Positions 29,780 to 39,669 of a stretch of 64,000 nucleotides of DNA are shown here, piece after piece. Source of the DNA: an uncultured Chthonomonadaceae bacterium (GTDB taxonomy: Bacteria > Armatimonadota > Chthonomonadetes > Chthonomonadales > Chthonomonadaceae); NCBI GenBank assembly GCA_963835065.1, contig CAWIEK010000049.1:256001-320000 (forward strand), in the 5' to 3' direction. Under the pieces are notes generated by a model. The model saw only the letters and a program-made list of their open reading frames with translations, did not search any database and was not told the DNA's origin. The translations under genes and the position numbers were made by a program. Each line of letters starts with the position of its first letter. Position 1 is the first letter of the stretch.

Positions 29780-30172
29780 ATGGCTACCGTTCCCGGCGAT
29801 TTGAAGTACAGCAGTACGCATGAGTGGGTACGCATTGACGGCGATGTGGCAACCGTTGGCATCACCGATCACGCGCAGGCAGAACTCGGAGATATCGTTT
29901 ATCTGGACTTAACGGAAGTCGGGCGCATGTTAAAGCCGGAAGAGCAATTCGGGGAGATCGAGTCGGTAAAAGCCGTCTCGGAACTTTTTTCTCCCATCTC
30001 CGGCGAAGTGATTGAAACCAACACAGCCATTGCCGACAAAACCGATGTCATCAACACTGATCCCTTCGGGCAGGGCTGGCTGATGAAAGTGCGCTTGAGC
30101 AACTCGGAACAATTGGCTGCCCTGATGACGGCGGCAGATTACGAGAAGTTCGCTGAAGAAAACGGCCACTAA
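29780..30172 (+). CDS. gcvH: Glycine cleavage system H protein
   Basis: HEWV, GITDHAQ, ESVKA (lipoyl Lys), GWL. Confidence 0.96.
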   Translation: MATVPGDLKYSSTHEWVRIDGDVATVGITDHAQAELGDIVYLDLTEVGRMLKPEEQFGEIESVKAVSELFSPISGEVIETNTAIADKTDVINTDPFGQGWLMKVRLSNSEQLAALMTAADYEKFAEENGH

Positions 30173-30184
30173 ACGCTTTGCGCA

Positions 30185-30213
30185 TTGACACTCTGCGGCA
30201 GTTGTGATATACT
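30185..30213 (+). promoter_or_regulatory. Sigma70 promoter
   Basis: TTGACA-N17-TATACT. Confidence 0.8.
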
Positions 30214-30309
30214 GCGTTCAGACACTGCGTTTACAAGACGTATCAAACCATCAATCCGGCGGCTGGTTCCTCATTCGATTAACCGGCCCTTTCAAAAGGA
30301 ACAATACCG

Positions 30310-30738
30310 ATGCCTAAAAAGATTTTAGCGGTGGATGATGAGCGGCACATCGTGCGCCTGGTTCAAGTGAACCTGGAACGCGCCGGCTATCAGGTAGTGA
30401 CAGCCTTTGACGGGCGCGAGGCGCTGGAAAAGGTGGAGTCTGAGAACCCGGATTTGGTTGTCCTGGACGTCATGATGCCGTACATGGATGGTTTCGAGGT
30501 GCTGCAAACGCTGCGCAAGAACCAGAGTACCCGCGATCTTCCCGTGATCATGCTTACCGCAAAGGCCCAGGATGCGGACGTTTTTCGCGGTTGGCAATCG
30601 GGCGTAGATTGCTATCTGACAAAGCCGTTCAACCCGATGGAACTGATTTCTTTTGTCAAGCGCATCTTCACTTCCATGCAGGAAAGCGATGGCGGCAACT
30701 ATATTGACCTCGGCAGTTCCAAGTCCTCCGGTTACTAA
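30310..30738 (+). CDS. Single-domain response regulator
   Basis: VDDE, LDVMMP, MLTAK, KPF. Confidence 0.93.
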   Translation: MPKKILAVDDERHIVRLVQVNLERAGYQVVTAFDGREALEKVESENPDLVVLDVMMPYMDGFEVLQTLRKNQSTRDLPVIMLTAKAQDADVFRGWQSGVDCYLTKPFNPMELISFVKRIFTSMQESDGGNYIDLGSSKSSGY

Positions 30739-30786
30739 ACGTACAATTATAAGTTTAGTAAGTATTCTGTTCGGAAAGGCAGCAAC

Positions 30787-31048
30787 GTGGCAGCAGGTAA
30801 GAAGTCCAGCGTGATATTATGGACGGGGTTGGCAGCGGCAGCGACCGGCATTGTGGTTGTGGCCGTGTTTGTCAACCTTAAAGAGCGTTCCAGAGCAGAA
30901 GGCAGCGTATCCAACCGGTTACGCGATGTTCAGGACGTTCTCACCGACTGTTACAAGAAGATCACCGAAATCGAGCAGCATCTTCCCGAACTGGTTCAAT
31001 CCAGCCCGAAAAACAACACGCATCCCTCTCAGCCGTTCCAATTCCTGA
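30787..31048 (+). CDS. Small single-TM hypothetical protein; 3' end uncertain (possible +1 slip near 31010; unshifted ORF runs to 31305)
   Basis: TM followed by a helical segment; the shifted frame stops just before the hairpin at 31084-31141. Confidence 0.55.
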
Positions 31049-31083
31049 TCCTGAATCCTGATAGTAACCATCAAACCGCTGAG

Positions 31084-31141
31084 AAAGAAATAGTCCAAGA
31101 ATTGAGGCCACTATCAACCTCAGTTCTTGGACTATTTCTTT
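31084..31141. terminator. 24-bp inverted repeat, probable bidirectional terminator
   Basis: aaagaaatagtccaagaattgagg-N10-cctcagttcttggactatttcttt. Confidence 0.7.
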
Positions 31142-31324
31142 TGCTATTAGCATTGTACGATTCCATGTGCCTACATTCTCGCGCAAATCGGATTGAACAC
31201 GGCATTAGGCAGACGCGATATACTTGCGCTTGTTTTCGTTACGCAGAAATAACGCAAAACAAAGAGACATTGGAGCCAACGGATAGAATATGGATTGATC
31301 AATAGAAGAATTCGGGAAACTAAA

Positions 31325-31506
31325 ACGTCCGATAATACAAGGTATGGAAGAAAACAACTTAAGATTTCCCAACTTCACCTCAATTTTGTCATTGCTACCT
31401 ATAGCCGTTTGGACATTGTATGGGCAGCAACAGTAATTCTTTTCATGCAAGTACAAAATTAGAACCTGGGCGCAGCATACAATATGCTGCGCCCAGGTTC
31501 TAATTT
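31325..31506 (+). repeat. Variant copy D of the XerC-arm-like / palindrome element
   Basis: ACGTCCGATAA 31325-31335; 24-bp-arm hairpin 31456-31506; longer spacer and no short hairpin. Confidence 0.55.
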
Positions 31507-31536
31507 CCGTTTTCCGTCTGAAAATCCTACAGATTA

Positions 31537-32137
31537 TCAGGGCTGTTTCTTTGTGTTCCGCGCCAGAAACTCATGCAGGGAATAAATGTGAGTTTGGCTC
31601 GAAACCATATCAGCATCCTTATCGAATTGGCCGTCTAAGTAAACGGTGCCTTCGCTTATGTTTAGCGCGTGAAGCCTCGGATGTCCCATTTTCCACTTTA
31701 GCAGCCTGGAGTCAGCAATGAATTTTCAAGTTTTGTTCTTCTATGCGTTTGTCGTTTGGCTTATCTGGGAGCCAGACACGGAAACGAAATTCACCCTCTA
31801 AGTTGGTCAGAGCTGCCAGGCGCGGATGGTGAAGCGTTGAGCCGAAGAAAACAGGCACGAACTCCTGTGCGCCTCCTGAATTGTTGCCGATAACCTTCCC
31901 GGCGAGAACGACAGACGGTGTGCTACTTTGATATCTGCGTAATGGAGAAATTGCAGATCACATTTCTAAAAACCGGTTCTTCTAACCTCGCAACCTCAAC
32001 GGTCTTCCCAATTTTGATGTTGGCGGTAGTGCTTGAGATATTCTGGCTGAGATTCTCTGGCGTGGCGGAGAGTGGCGTGACCGGAAGGATCAAGGCCAGC
32101 ACAGATACGATAATGGCTAAATGACTTTGCTCCATTG
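31537..32137 (-). pseudogene. Broken gene for a putative secreted protein
   Basis: MEQSHLAIIVSVLALILPVTPLSA signal-like start; continues through stops and frameshifts as ..VVLAGKVIGNNSGG..GEFRFRVWLP..GTVYLDGQFD..KKQP*. Confidence 0.5.
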
Positions 32138-32175
32138 AAATGTCCCCTATTCTCTCGCCGCGCTTTGTAAGGAAT

Positions 32176-32694
32176 TCATTCGTTTTGCGTAGATTCCAGT
32201 ACGGATTCTGCCACATAAATGGGCGCTCGATACCGCAGCGCCATTGCGATAGCGTCACTTGGCCGCGCGTCAATGTCAATCACTTCTTCGCCGCGAGCGA
32301 GCGTGATTTTCGCGTAGAATGTTTCCTGAAGCAGATCGTCTATGGTCACGCGCTCTACAGACGCTCCCAGGCGGTCCAGCATCGTTCGCATCAGATCGTG
32401 CGTAAAGGGTCTGTCCGGGCGGTCTCCCTCAATCGCCATCGATATAGCCACGGCAACATCCCGCATAACGAAAATCTTGAACTCACGCCCATGATTGTCG
32501 CGCATCAATACAAACGTCGTATTGTGCAGGGGATTGCCCGTATCCACCTCATATACATTGACGACCTTAACTTCTTTTTCGTTCAAAGCGCGTGAGGACC
32601 TTGTCTCAGGCTGCCCGCCGGGCCCTTCGGACGCGCTGAAACTCTCGTCTTCCGGTCGCCAATCCCCAAACAAATCCCTAAAATCGTTGCCCAC
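32176..32694 (-). CDS. Bifunctional nuclease family protein (DUF151)
   Basis: RPFTHDL, FYAKI, DARPSDAIAMALR..PIYV. Confidence 0.93.
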   Translation of the reverse strand: MGNDFRDLFGDWRPEDESFSASEGPGGQPETRSSRALNEKEVKVVNVYEVDTGNPLHNTTFVLMRDNHGREFKIFVMRDVAVAISMAIEGDRPDRPFTHDLMRTMLDRLGASVERVTIDDLLQETFYAKITLARGEEVIDIDARPSDAIAMALRYRAPIYVAESVLESTQNE

Positions 32695-32817
32695 CGCTTT
32701 CCTCCACTTTCAGATTGCAAAGTGAAAATCAACCGTGAAAACACATGAAGTCCAAGGATCCCTTCAGAAACAACCGTTTGCAATCAAAGGAAATCACTGG
32801 CAATCACGATATAAACT

Positions 32818-34098
32818 CTAATCATCGCCGCTTTTGATGGTTCTTTCCACGACGGCAAGGAATTCCTTGTTGGTTTTGGTATGCTGCAGGCGATCCTTGA
32901 GCAGTTCGGTGGCTTCCAGAGGATCAAGGCCGTGCAGCAGGCGGCGCAGTTTGACGATCTGCTTGTACGTTTCTTCATCGTACAGCAATTCGTCCTTGCG
33001 CGTACTGGATTTCAGCGCAATGGCGGGAAAGATGCGCTTGTCCGCAAGGCTGCGGTCAAGCTCCACTTCCATGTTTCCCGTGCCTTTGTATTCCTCAAAG
33101 ATGAGGTCGTCCATGCGGCTTCCGGTTTCAACCAGCGCGGTAGCCAGAATGGTCAGGCTGCCGCCTTCCTCTATGTTACGCGCTGCGCCAAAGAAACGTT
33201 TCGGACGGTACAGCGCGGCGGGGTCAAGCCCACCGGCAAGGGTACGTCCGCTCGGCGTCACGGTCAGGTTGGAGGCGCGGGTATAGCGCGTCAGGCTGTC
33301 CATCAGAACAACGACATCCCGCTTGCTTTCCGCCAGTCGCTTGGCCTGTTCCAGAACCATGTCCGCCACGCGCATGTGGTTTTCCGGCGTCTCATCGAAG
33401 GTGGAACTGATCACTTCCCCCTTCACCGAGCGGCGAATGTCCGTCACTTCTTCTGGCCGCTCGTCAATCAGCAGCACGATCAGAATACATTCGGGATGGT
33501 TGACCGTGATAGCGTTGGCGATTGTTTTCAAAATCGTTGTTTTACCGGCTTTGGGTTGCGCCACGATCATGCCGCGCTGCCCCTTGCCGATGGGACAGAT
33601 AATGTCCATGATGCGCCCAACCATTTCCTGCCGCGTGGTTTCCAGCGTCAGGCGGTCATTGGGATAAATGGGCGTCAAGTCGTCAAAATTGACGCGGTTA
33701 CGCGCTACTTCTGGGTCAACGCCATTAACGCCTTCCACGCGCAATAGACCATAGTATTTTTCCGAGTCTTTGGGCGGGCGCACCTGCCCGGATACTTCAT
33801 CGCCGGTTTTCAGGCCGAACCGCTTGATCTGTGTTTGCGACACGTAAATGTCTTCGGCATTGGGCGAGAAATTGCTGCGGCGCAAAAACCCCCACCCGTC
33901 CGGCAAAATCTCCAAAATCCCTTTGGCGTGAATGTAGCCGTTGCGATCCGTTTGTATTTGCAGAATGCGCCCGATCAGCTCATCTTTGCGCGTCGAAGTG
34001 GCGCCCGTTCCCACGCCCAGGTCTCTGGCGAGTTCCTGCAAATCATTCAGGCTCTTGTTTTCCAGATCGGACAAGTTAAAACTGAGGTTGTCTTCCAT
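32818..34098 (-). CDS. rho: Transcription termination factor Rho
   Basis: DGWGFLR, DIYVSQTQI, PIGKGQRG, PKAGKT, LIDERPEEVTD, KGTGNME. Confidence 0.98.
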   Translation of the reverse strand: MEDNLSFNLSDLENKSLNDLQELARDLGVGTGATSTRKDELIGRILQIQTDRNGYIHAKGILEILPDGWGFLRRSNFSPNAEDIYVSQTQIKRFGLKTGDEVSGQVRPPKDSEKYYGLLRVEGVNGVDPEVARNRVNFDDLTPIYPNDRLTLETTRQEMVGRIMDIICPIGKGQRGMIVAQPKAGKTTILKTIANAITVNHPECILIVLLIDERPEEVTDIRRSVKGEVISSTFDETPENHMRVADMVLEQAKRLAESKRDVVVLMDSLTRYTRASNLTVTPSGRTLAGGLDPAALYRPKRFFGAARNIEEGGSLTILATALVETGSRMDDLIFEEYKGTGNMEVELDRSLADKRIFPAIALKSSTRKDELLYDEETYKQIVKLRRLLHGLDPLEATELLKDRLQHTKTNKEFLAVVERTIKSGDD

Positions 34099-34423
34099 TA
34101 TGTTTTTCGTCACCTCACGAGGATGCCCGGAAGCGATGCTTGTCGAACGCAGCCCGCTTCCGGTACAGCGCTGCGCAACGAAGGAGTGATGGTCCATTCT
34201 TCCCCATTGCTAAAGCAAGAGGACGTCAGGACGAGATTGGTAAAAATGCGATACAGATGGCAAAATGGCAAAGATGGTAAAAGCGATAAAGCAGAAGGTA
34301 ATCAGAAGAAGAACTAACGCTCACGCTTCAAGAAGAAATACCGAAAGAAATACACGCGAATCAGCAACCAGAACAAAAACCAACAGCCGTCAGCACAAAG
34401 ATCAACAGCCATTTTCATCAACA

Positions 34424-34996
34424 TCAATCATTGGGGCTGTCAAAGTTTACAACGCCGATGTAGCGCAGATTGCGGTATTGTTCCGCATAGTCCATGCCAT
34501 AGCCCACAACAAACTTGTCTTCGATTTCAAAGCCGCGATAATCCACATCAATTTGTACTTGCCGACGGGCGGGCTTGTCCAGCAAAACGCACACTTTCAC
34601 GCTGCGGGCATGGCGGGCGCGAAGCGTTTCAATCAGATAGCTGAACCGCAAGGTCAGGCCGGTATCCAGTATGTCCTCGACAATCAAGACATGCTTGCCT
34701 GCGACAGCCGCTTCCAAATCCTTCAGGACGCGCACCTCGCCGGATGTTTTGGTGGCGGCTCCGTAAGACGACACAGCCACAAAATCGAATTCTACCGGGC
34801 GCTCAATGCACCGCACGAGATCGGATAGAAATAGCGTTGCGCCTTTAAGGACGCCGACGAGCAGCAGCGGCTCCGCGCGGTCAGGATAATCGCGGGTGAT
34901 GGCCTCACCAATTTCCCTCACCCGCTGCTGTATGACCTCTTCGGACATAAGTTCCGTCAGGAAGTGGTCAGGCAGCGCCCCGGTTTGTTCCTCCAT
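34424..34996 (-). CDS. hpt: Hypoxanthine phosphoribosyltransferase
   Basis: GVLKGA, VSSYG, LIVEDILDTGLT, FVVGYGMDY. Confidence 0.96.
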   Translation of the reverse strand: MEEQTGALPDHFLTELMSEEVIQQRVREIGEAITRDYPDRAEPLLLVGVLKGATLFLSDLVRCIERPVEFDFVAVSSYGAATKTSGEVRVLKDLEAAVAGKHVLIVEDILDTGLTLRFSYLIETLRARHARSVKVCVLLDKPARRQVQIDVDYRGFEIEDKFVVGYGMDYAEQYRNLRYIGVVNFDSPND

Positions 34997-35021
34997 CCCC
35001 TCTCCCATCTGTTCCTGACTA

Positions 35022-35115
35022 TCGGTGTTCGGTATTGGGTGTTGGGAAATGCGTACCTGCTTAACACAAGATAACATGCGAGTAAATCGAAAACCAACAC
35101 CCAATACCCAACATC
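35022..35115. repeat. Fold-back element with (TTGGGTR)/(ACCCAAY) heptamer arms
   Basis: tcggtgttcggtattgggtgttggg ... ccaacacccaatacccaacatcc. Confidence 0.75.
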
Positions 35116-35190
35116 CACCTACACTATATATTCACACTCCCACTGACTTTTAGAAGGTCGAGCCACCACTATTTTGAAAAATTATGAAAT

Positions 35191-36864
35191 TCATTCCCAT
35201 TCGATAGTGGCGGGAGGTTTGGAACTGATGTCGTAAACAACGCGGTTGATGCCGGGAACTTCATTGACGATGCGGGCGCTGATGCGTTCCAGCACATCGT
35301 AAGGGATACGCGCCCACTTCGCGGTCATAAAATCGTCGGTGGTCACGGCGCGTAAAATGATGGGATGGGCATACGTGCGCTGATCTCCCATGACGCCCAC
35401 GCTGCGGATCGTCGCCAGTACCGCCAGCGCCTGACTGTACTCCCGGTAAAGACTGGCCGCGTGAAGCTCGTTCAGGAAAATTTCATCCGCGCGCTGCAAG
35501 GTGTCCAGGCGTTCGGCGGTAACATCGCCCAGGATGCGGATCGCAAGGCCGGGTCCGGGAAAGGGGTGACGCCAGACAATGCTGTCCGGCAGGCCGAGTT
35601 CAGAGGCGGCGGCGCGGGCCTCGTCCTTGAACAGCAGCCGCAGGGGTTCGATTACCTTTAAAACCATGTCTTCGGGCAGGCCACCGACATTATGGTGTGT
35701 CTTGATGGTCTGCGCGTGCTTGCTGCCGCCCGATTCGATTACATCCGGGTACAGCGTTCCCTGTGCCAGAAACTCCACTCCCTGTAGATTATCGGCATGT
35801 TCTTCAAAAACGCGCACAAACTCATTGCCGATAATTTTACGCTTTTGTTCCGGGTCGGTAATTCCCGCCAATTTCGCCAGAAACCGCTCCCGCGCATCGG
35901 CGTAGATAAGGTTGATACCGAACGCGGCGGCGAAATCGTCTCGCACCTGTTCTGCTTCGCCGCGCCGCAGCAGGCCGTGATCTACAAAAATGCACGTCAA
36001 CTGATCGCCAATCGCCCTGTGCATCAGCGCTGCCACGCAGCAGCTGTCAATGCCGCCGGAAACGCCGCACACAACGCCTGCCGTACCCACTGTTGCGCGA
36101 ATTTGGGAGATAGCTTGTTCTACGAAATTGGCAGGCGTCCAGGTTCCCTGACAGCCGCACGGCCCCAGAACAAACGCCCGCAGCAGTTCGGCTCCAAAAG
36201 GTGTATGCGCCACTTCGGGATGGAATTGAACGCTGTACAAGCGCCGCGCTTCATCAAACATCGCGGCGACGGGCGTACTGGCCGTCGTAGCCGCGACAGT
36301 AAAGCCGGGTGGCGGAGCCAGTACCGTATCGCCGTGACTCATCCAGCAAGGCAGTTTTGCGCCTTCACTGGCGATGTTCTTAAAAAGAGGTTCGGCGCGA
36401 ACTACGGTTATCTCTGCATCCCCATATTCCCGTTCCTGCGCAGGCCGCACTTCCCCACCCAACTGATGCGCCATTAACTGCTGGCCGTAGCAGATACCCA
36501 AAATGGGAACGCCGAGATTATATATGTCCGCGTCGGAATGAGGAGCGCCGTCTTCATACACGCTGGACGGCCCGCCTGAAAATATAATGCCGCGCGGCTT
36601 TCGCGCCGCGAGTTCTGCCGCCGGCGTATTGAAGGGCAAAATTTCGCTGTAAACATGACATTCGCGGACGCGCCGAGCAATTAGCTGCGTATACTGAGCG
36701 CCAAAATCCAGTATCAGCACCAGTTCCTGAGCAGCCTTGACGCTTTCCTGTTCCTGAACCGTTGTCGCAGACGCGCCGGAACCATCATCAACCCTGCTAT
36801 CGAAACGGGAAACAGGGTCGGCATTGAGCGCGAGTTCGCTTATCGGCATGGGTTCTAATTGCAT
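35191..36864 (-). CDS. guaA: GMP synthase (glutamine-hydrolysing); start uncertain
   Basis: [56 protein letters not shown]. Confidence 0.98.
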   Translation of the reverse strand: MQLEPMPISELALNADPVSRFDSRVDDGSGASATTVQEQESVKAAQELVLILDFGAQYTQLIARRVRECHVYSEILPFNTPAAELAARKPRGIIFSGGPSSVYEDGAPHSDADIYNLGVPILGICYGQQLMAHQLGGEVRPAQEREYGDAEITVVRAEPLFKNIASEGAKLPCWMSHGDTVLAPPPGFTVAATTASTPVAAMFDEARRLYSVQFHPEVAHTPFGAELLRAFVLGPCGCQGTWTPANFVEQAISQIRATVGTAGVVCGVSGGIDSCCVAALMHRAIGDQLTCIFVDHGLLRRGEAEQVRDDFAAAFGINLIYADARERFLAKLAGITDPEQKRKIIGNEFVRVFEEHADNLQGVEFLAQGTLYPDVIESGGSKHAQTIKTHHNVGGLPEDMVLKVIEPLRLLFKDEARAAASELGLPDSIVWRHPFPGPGLAIRILGDVTAERLDTLQRADEIFLNELHAASLYREYSQALAVLATIRSVGVMGDQRTYAHPIILRAVTTDDFMTAKWARIPYDVLERISARIVNEVPGINRVVYDISSKPPATIEWE

Positions 36865-37194
36865 AATGCGGGAGTTTCCTGAATTCGCGCCGGTGCAAAA
36901 AGGCACACAGACTGCGCGGGTTTGTTCGGAAATCAGTATTGGAATATCGGGGTCGAACAGGGATTGACAGCGAATGACAGATACTCAAGAATTCGCCTGA
37001 AGTCACCTTCGGCGGGTATCGGGTCACAAGCAAGAACAATGTAAAAAGAGTAACCGGGTTAAAAGGGAAAAGACGCAAATGCCACGTCAGTGCAGAACGA
37101 ACATGCCAGTGCAAAGCCAAAAACACAATTGGGGCAACAATGGCCTGTGGGCAAACGCGGAGGACCAAGCGCGGAAGGGCTTGATTTCTCTTCT

Positions 37195-37223
37195 AGTATA
37201 GCGCATATTCTGCTCTGCGTCAA
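37195..37223 (-). promoter_or_regulatory. Sigma70 promoter upstream of guaA
   Basis: TTGACG-N17-TATACT on the minus strand. Confidence 0.75.
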
Positions 37224-37327
37224 GGCATAGCGCGTAAAAACCGCTAAATAATCTCATTTTTCAGTAAAAAGACGTAACTTCAGCCTTTTCAGCGCCTCAT
37301 TCACGCCTATCATCCTACCAATCATCC

Positions 37328-38152
37328 TCAGTAATTCTCTTCCGGCGCGTCTTCCGCATCGTTTTCCTCATCGCCGCGCTCCAGACGTTCCGCCTGTATC
37401 ACTTCGCGCGGCGTTTCTTCTTCCAATCGGGCTTGGGGCGTATCCAGCCACGCCTCATAACTCTGAAACAGATGTTCGCGGACGGCTTCCACATCCAGGC
37501 CACTGTGAAGCAACTGCTCCCGCTCTCGTTGCCAGTTGTCGTTGGCCTCGCGGTGCAGCGTAGACTCGCGCCAGCCCATCACATCTCCCCACTCCAGGCC
37601 ATCCCCTATCTCGCGGGGCAGCCACAAACTGCGGGTATCCAGATCATCTTCCAGTTCGGCGCACCACTCGCGGAAGCCCATTTCCCAGGCGCGTTCATCT
37701 ACGCTGTTCAGCGCGGCGTACTCCCGGCGCCGTTTGGCATAAAAGGCCGTATCGTCCAGCACGGACTCAACCCATTCCGGGGCAAGTTCAGGATGTTCGC
37801 GGCGCAAGTATCCGAAAAAGCGGTGCAGCGAGTCGGGCAGGCGCTCCTCGATTTCTTCTTCCGCCTGCGCCTTGCGTATGTAATGGCTGAACATGAACCA
37901 GCGCAGTTCAAATTCGTTGATGTCGGCAATGCTTTTCTGATACTGATTGGCAAGGTAATCTACGAGGAACTCGGCATTGAAACTGTCCTGTTCCGCAATG
38001 CGCGACCCCAATTCCAGCCCGGTATCCACCCAGTTGGAAAAGGCGTCCAGTTGCTCATAGCCTAAATCCAGCAGTTCCTGAATATCCGCATTATTGTCTT
38101 CGCTGTCGCGGCTCCATCCCCCTTCGGGAATGTCATCATCAGCACCGTTCAT
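37328..38152 (-). CDS. Hypothetical acidic protein
   Basis: 274-aa ORF with SD; very E/D-rich; WLDTPQ..L...TPREVI..ER near the C-terminus. Confidence 0.7.
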   Translation of the reverse strand: MNGADDDIPEGGWSRDSEDNNADIQELLDLGYEQLDAFSNWVDTGLELGSRIAEQDSFNAEFLVDYLANQYQKSIADINEFELRWFMFSHYIRKAQAEEEIEERLPDSLHRFFGYLRREHPELAPEWVESVLDDTAFYAKRRREYAALNSVDERAWEMGFREWCAELEDDLDTRSLWLPREIGDGLEWGDVMGWRESTLHREANDNWQREREQLLHSGLDVEAVREHLFQSYEAWLDTPQARLEEETPREVIQAERLERGDEENDAEDAPEENY

Positions 38153-38331
38153 ACCCGCCCTCTATTTCCCACATCAAGATTATCACTCTTACGACTTCCA
38201 CATCTCGCCACGAAATCTTATACCCCGTTCAACGCAGAACTAAGCCAAACAGTTCCATCAGAAGTGGAGAGTGCTGAGTGAGTGTGAGAGTGAAATGGGC
38301 TTCTACTCCCCATTCCCTACTCCCTACTCCC

Positions 38332-39669
38332 TTATACCGTCGCCTGCACACTTGTCATAAACAGCAGCGCCAGAACGGCGAGAATGGCTAACAAGGCGGC
38401 TCCGGCATGGCCTTTGTACTTGGGAGGGAAGCAAGCCTGCCAGCCCATTGCCAGCAGCAGGCAGATCGGCAGCATCGCCGGGTACAGATACCGTCCTTGC
38501 GCCTGAAAATACTTGCTCAGAAAAAGCGCAAACGACGCGCCGACAAGAATTAACGTTGCCATCAGCAACTGAATGAACTTCTGCTGCGCTTCCGTGAATA
38601 CGGTTTTGCGGACGAAATGCAGGCGTATCAACCCACCCAACGCGCTGATGCAAACCAGCAGGGGCAAAATGTAAATCTGAATGGGCAGAAACAATTGATC
38701 GCCAATCCTGGCTGAATCCTTGTTGCCGTACACAGCCCAAAAACTGAGAAACGAGCGTAACGAAACGGCTTTAACATACTCGAACGTTCCAATATGCGCA
38801 ATAAACGCGCTTGCCTGCGCCGTGCCGCCAAATGCCTGATTAAAGGTTTTCAGCGGCAGCAGTTCCCCGTACAACTGCTGATTGCGAACCAGCCACCACC
38901 CGCTGATAACGAGCATCAGCGTCAGCGCCCACAGCAGATTGCGGGCAAGATTGGCCGCAGGTTCCCCACCCCGCCACAGCAGCGCAAGCGCCAGCAATGT
39001 CACCGGCAGGAGCAGCAGCGCGGTTACTTTCGTCAGCAGGGCAAGGCCGAGGAGGATGCCGAGCCATCCCGCCCGCCACAGGGAAAAACCGCGCAGCAGG
39101 GATTGCGCCAGCAGCCACAAACACGCGCTGAACCACGCTTCCAAAAGAACGTCATTGTTGATCGTCGAGGTAATGGCGATATGGGACGGCAATAAAGCGG
39201 CAACGCCTGCCGCCACAACAGCCAGAATCGGCTCATCGGGGAACATCAGGCGGGCAGTGGAATACACGAGCAGGATACAAACAAGGCCGAGCATAATGGA
39301 CGCGACCCGCATTCCCTGTCCGCCCAACGGCACAAACAGGCGCGTCCACACGTAATACAACGGCGGCTGATGCCATTCATACGCTTGCCCGCTTTTGTCC
39401 AGCGTAGCCGACGCCTGCGTGGGCAGATGCCCCGACACCAAACTTTGTACGTAACGAACATGCGCAGCCTCGTCCGGCGCGTTTTGATAGCCCGTTTGCC
39501 CAACCGGAACCCAACTCGCGTGAAGCCCTGCCAGAACCAGATAAACTAGCAGAAGAAGGGGCAGTACGGCCTTCCACGCTCCGGGCAGGGGTTGCGGCGC
39601 GGGCGGAAGCGGCGACAGGGGCGGGCCGGGATCGCTCAAAAGCGGCTTACGGCGCGGCGGACGGCTCAC
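38332..39669 (-). CDS. GT39/DUF2142-like membrane glycosyltransferase
   Basis: APDEAAHVRYV, YEWHQPPLYY, INND, QAQGRYLYP; GTG start overlaps the upstream TGA. Confidence 0.82.
   Translation of the reverse strand: MSRPPRRKPLLSDPGPPLSPLPPAPQPLPGAWKAVLPLLLLVYLVLAGLHASWVPVGQTGYQNAPDEAAHVRYVQSLVSGHLPTQASATLDKSGQAYEWHQPPLYYVWTRLFVPLGGQGMRVASIMLGLVCILLVYSTARLMFPDEPILAVVAAGVAALLPSHIAITSTINNDVLLEAWFSACLWLLAQSLLRGFSLWRAGWLGILLGLALLTKVTALLLLPVTLLALALLWRGGEPAANLARNLLWALTLMLVISGWWLVRNQQLYGELLPLKTFNQAFGGTAQASAFIAHIGTFEYVKAVSLRSFLSFWAVYGNKDSARIGDQLFLPIQIYILPLLVCISALGGLIRLHFVRKTVFTEAQQKFIQLLMATLILVGASFALFLSKYFQAQGRYLYPAMLPICLLLAMGWQACFPPKYKGHAGAALLAILAVLALLFMTSVQATV

Noticed and set aside
31049..31305. C-terminal half of the 172-aa ORF 30787-31305
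   Set aside because: It runs through a terminator-like inverted repeat and AT-rich DNA; probably read-through caused by an indel.
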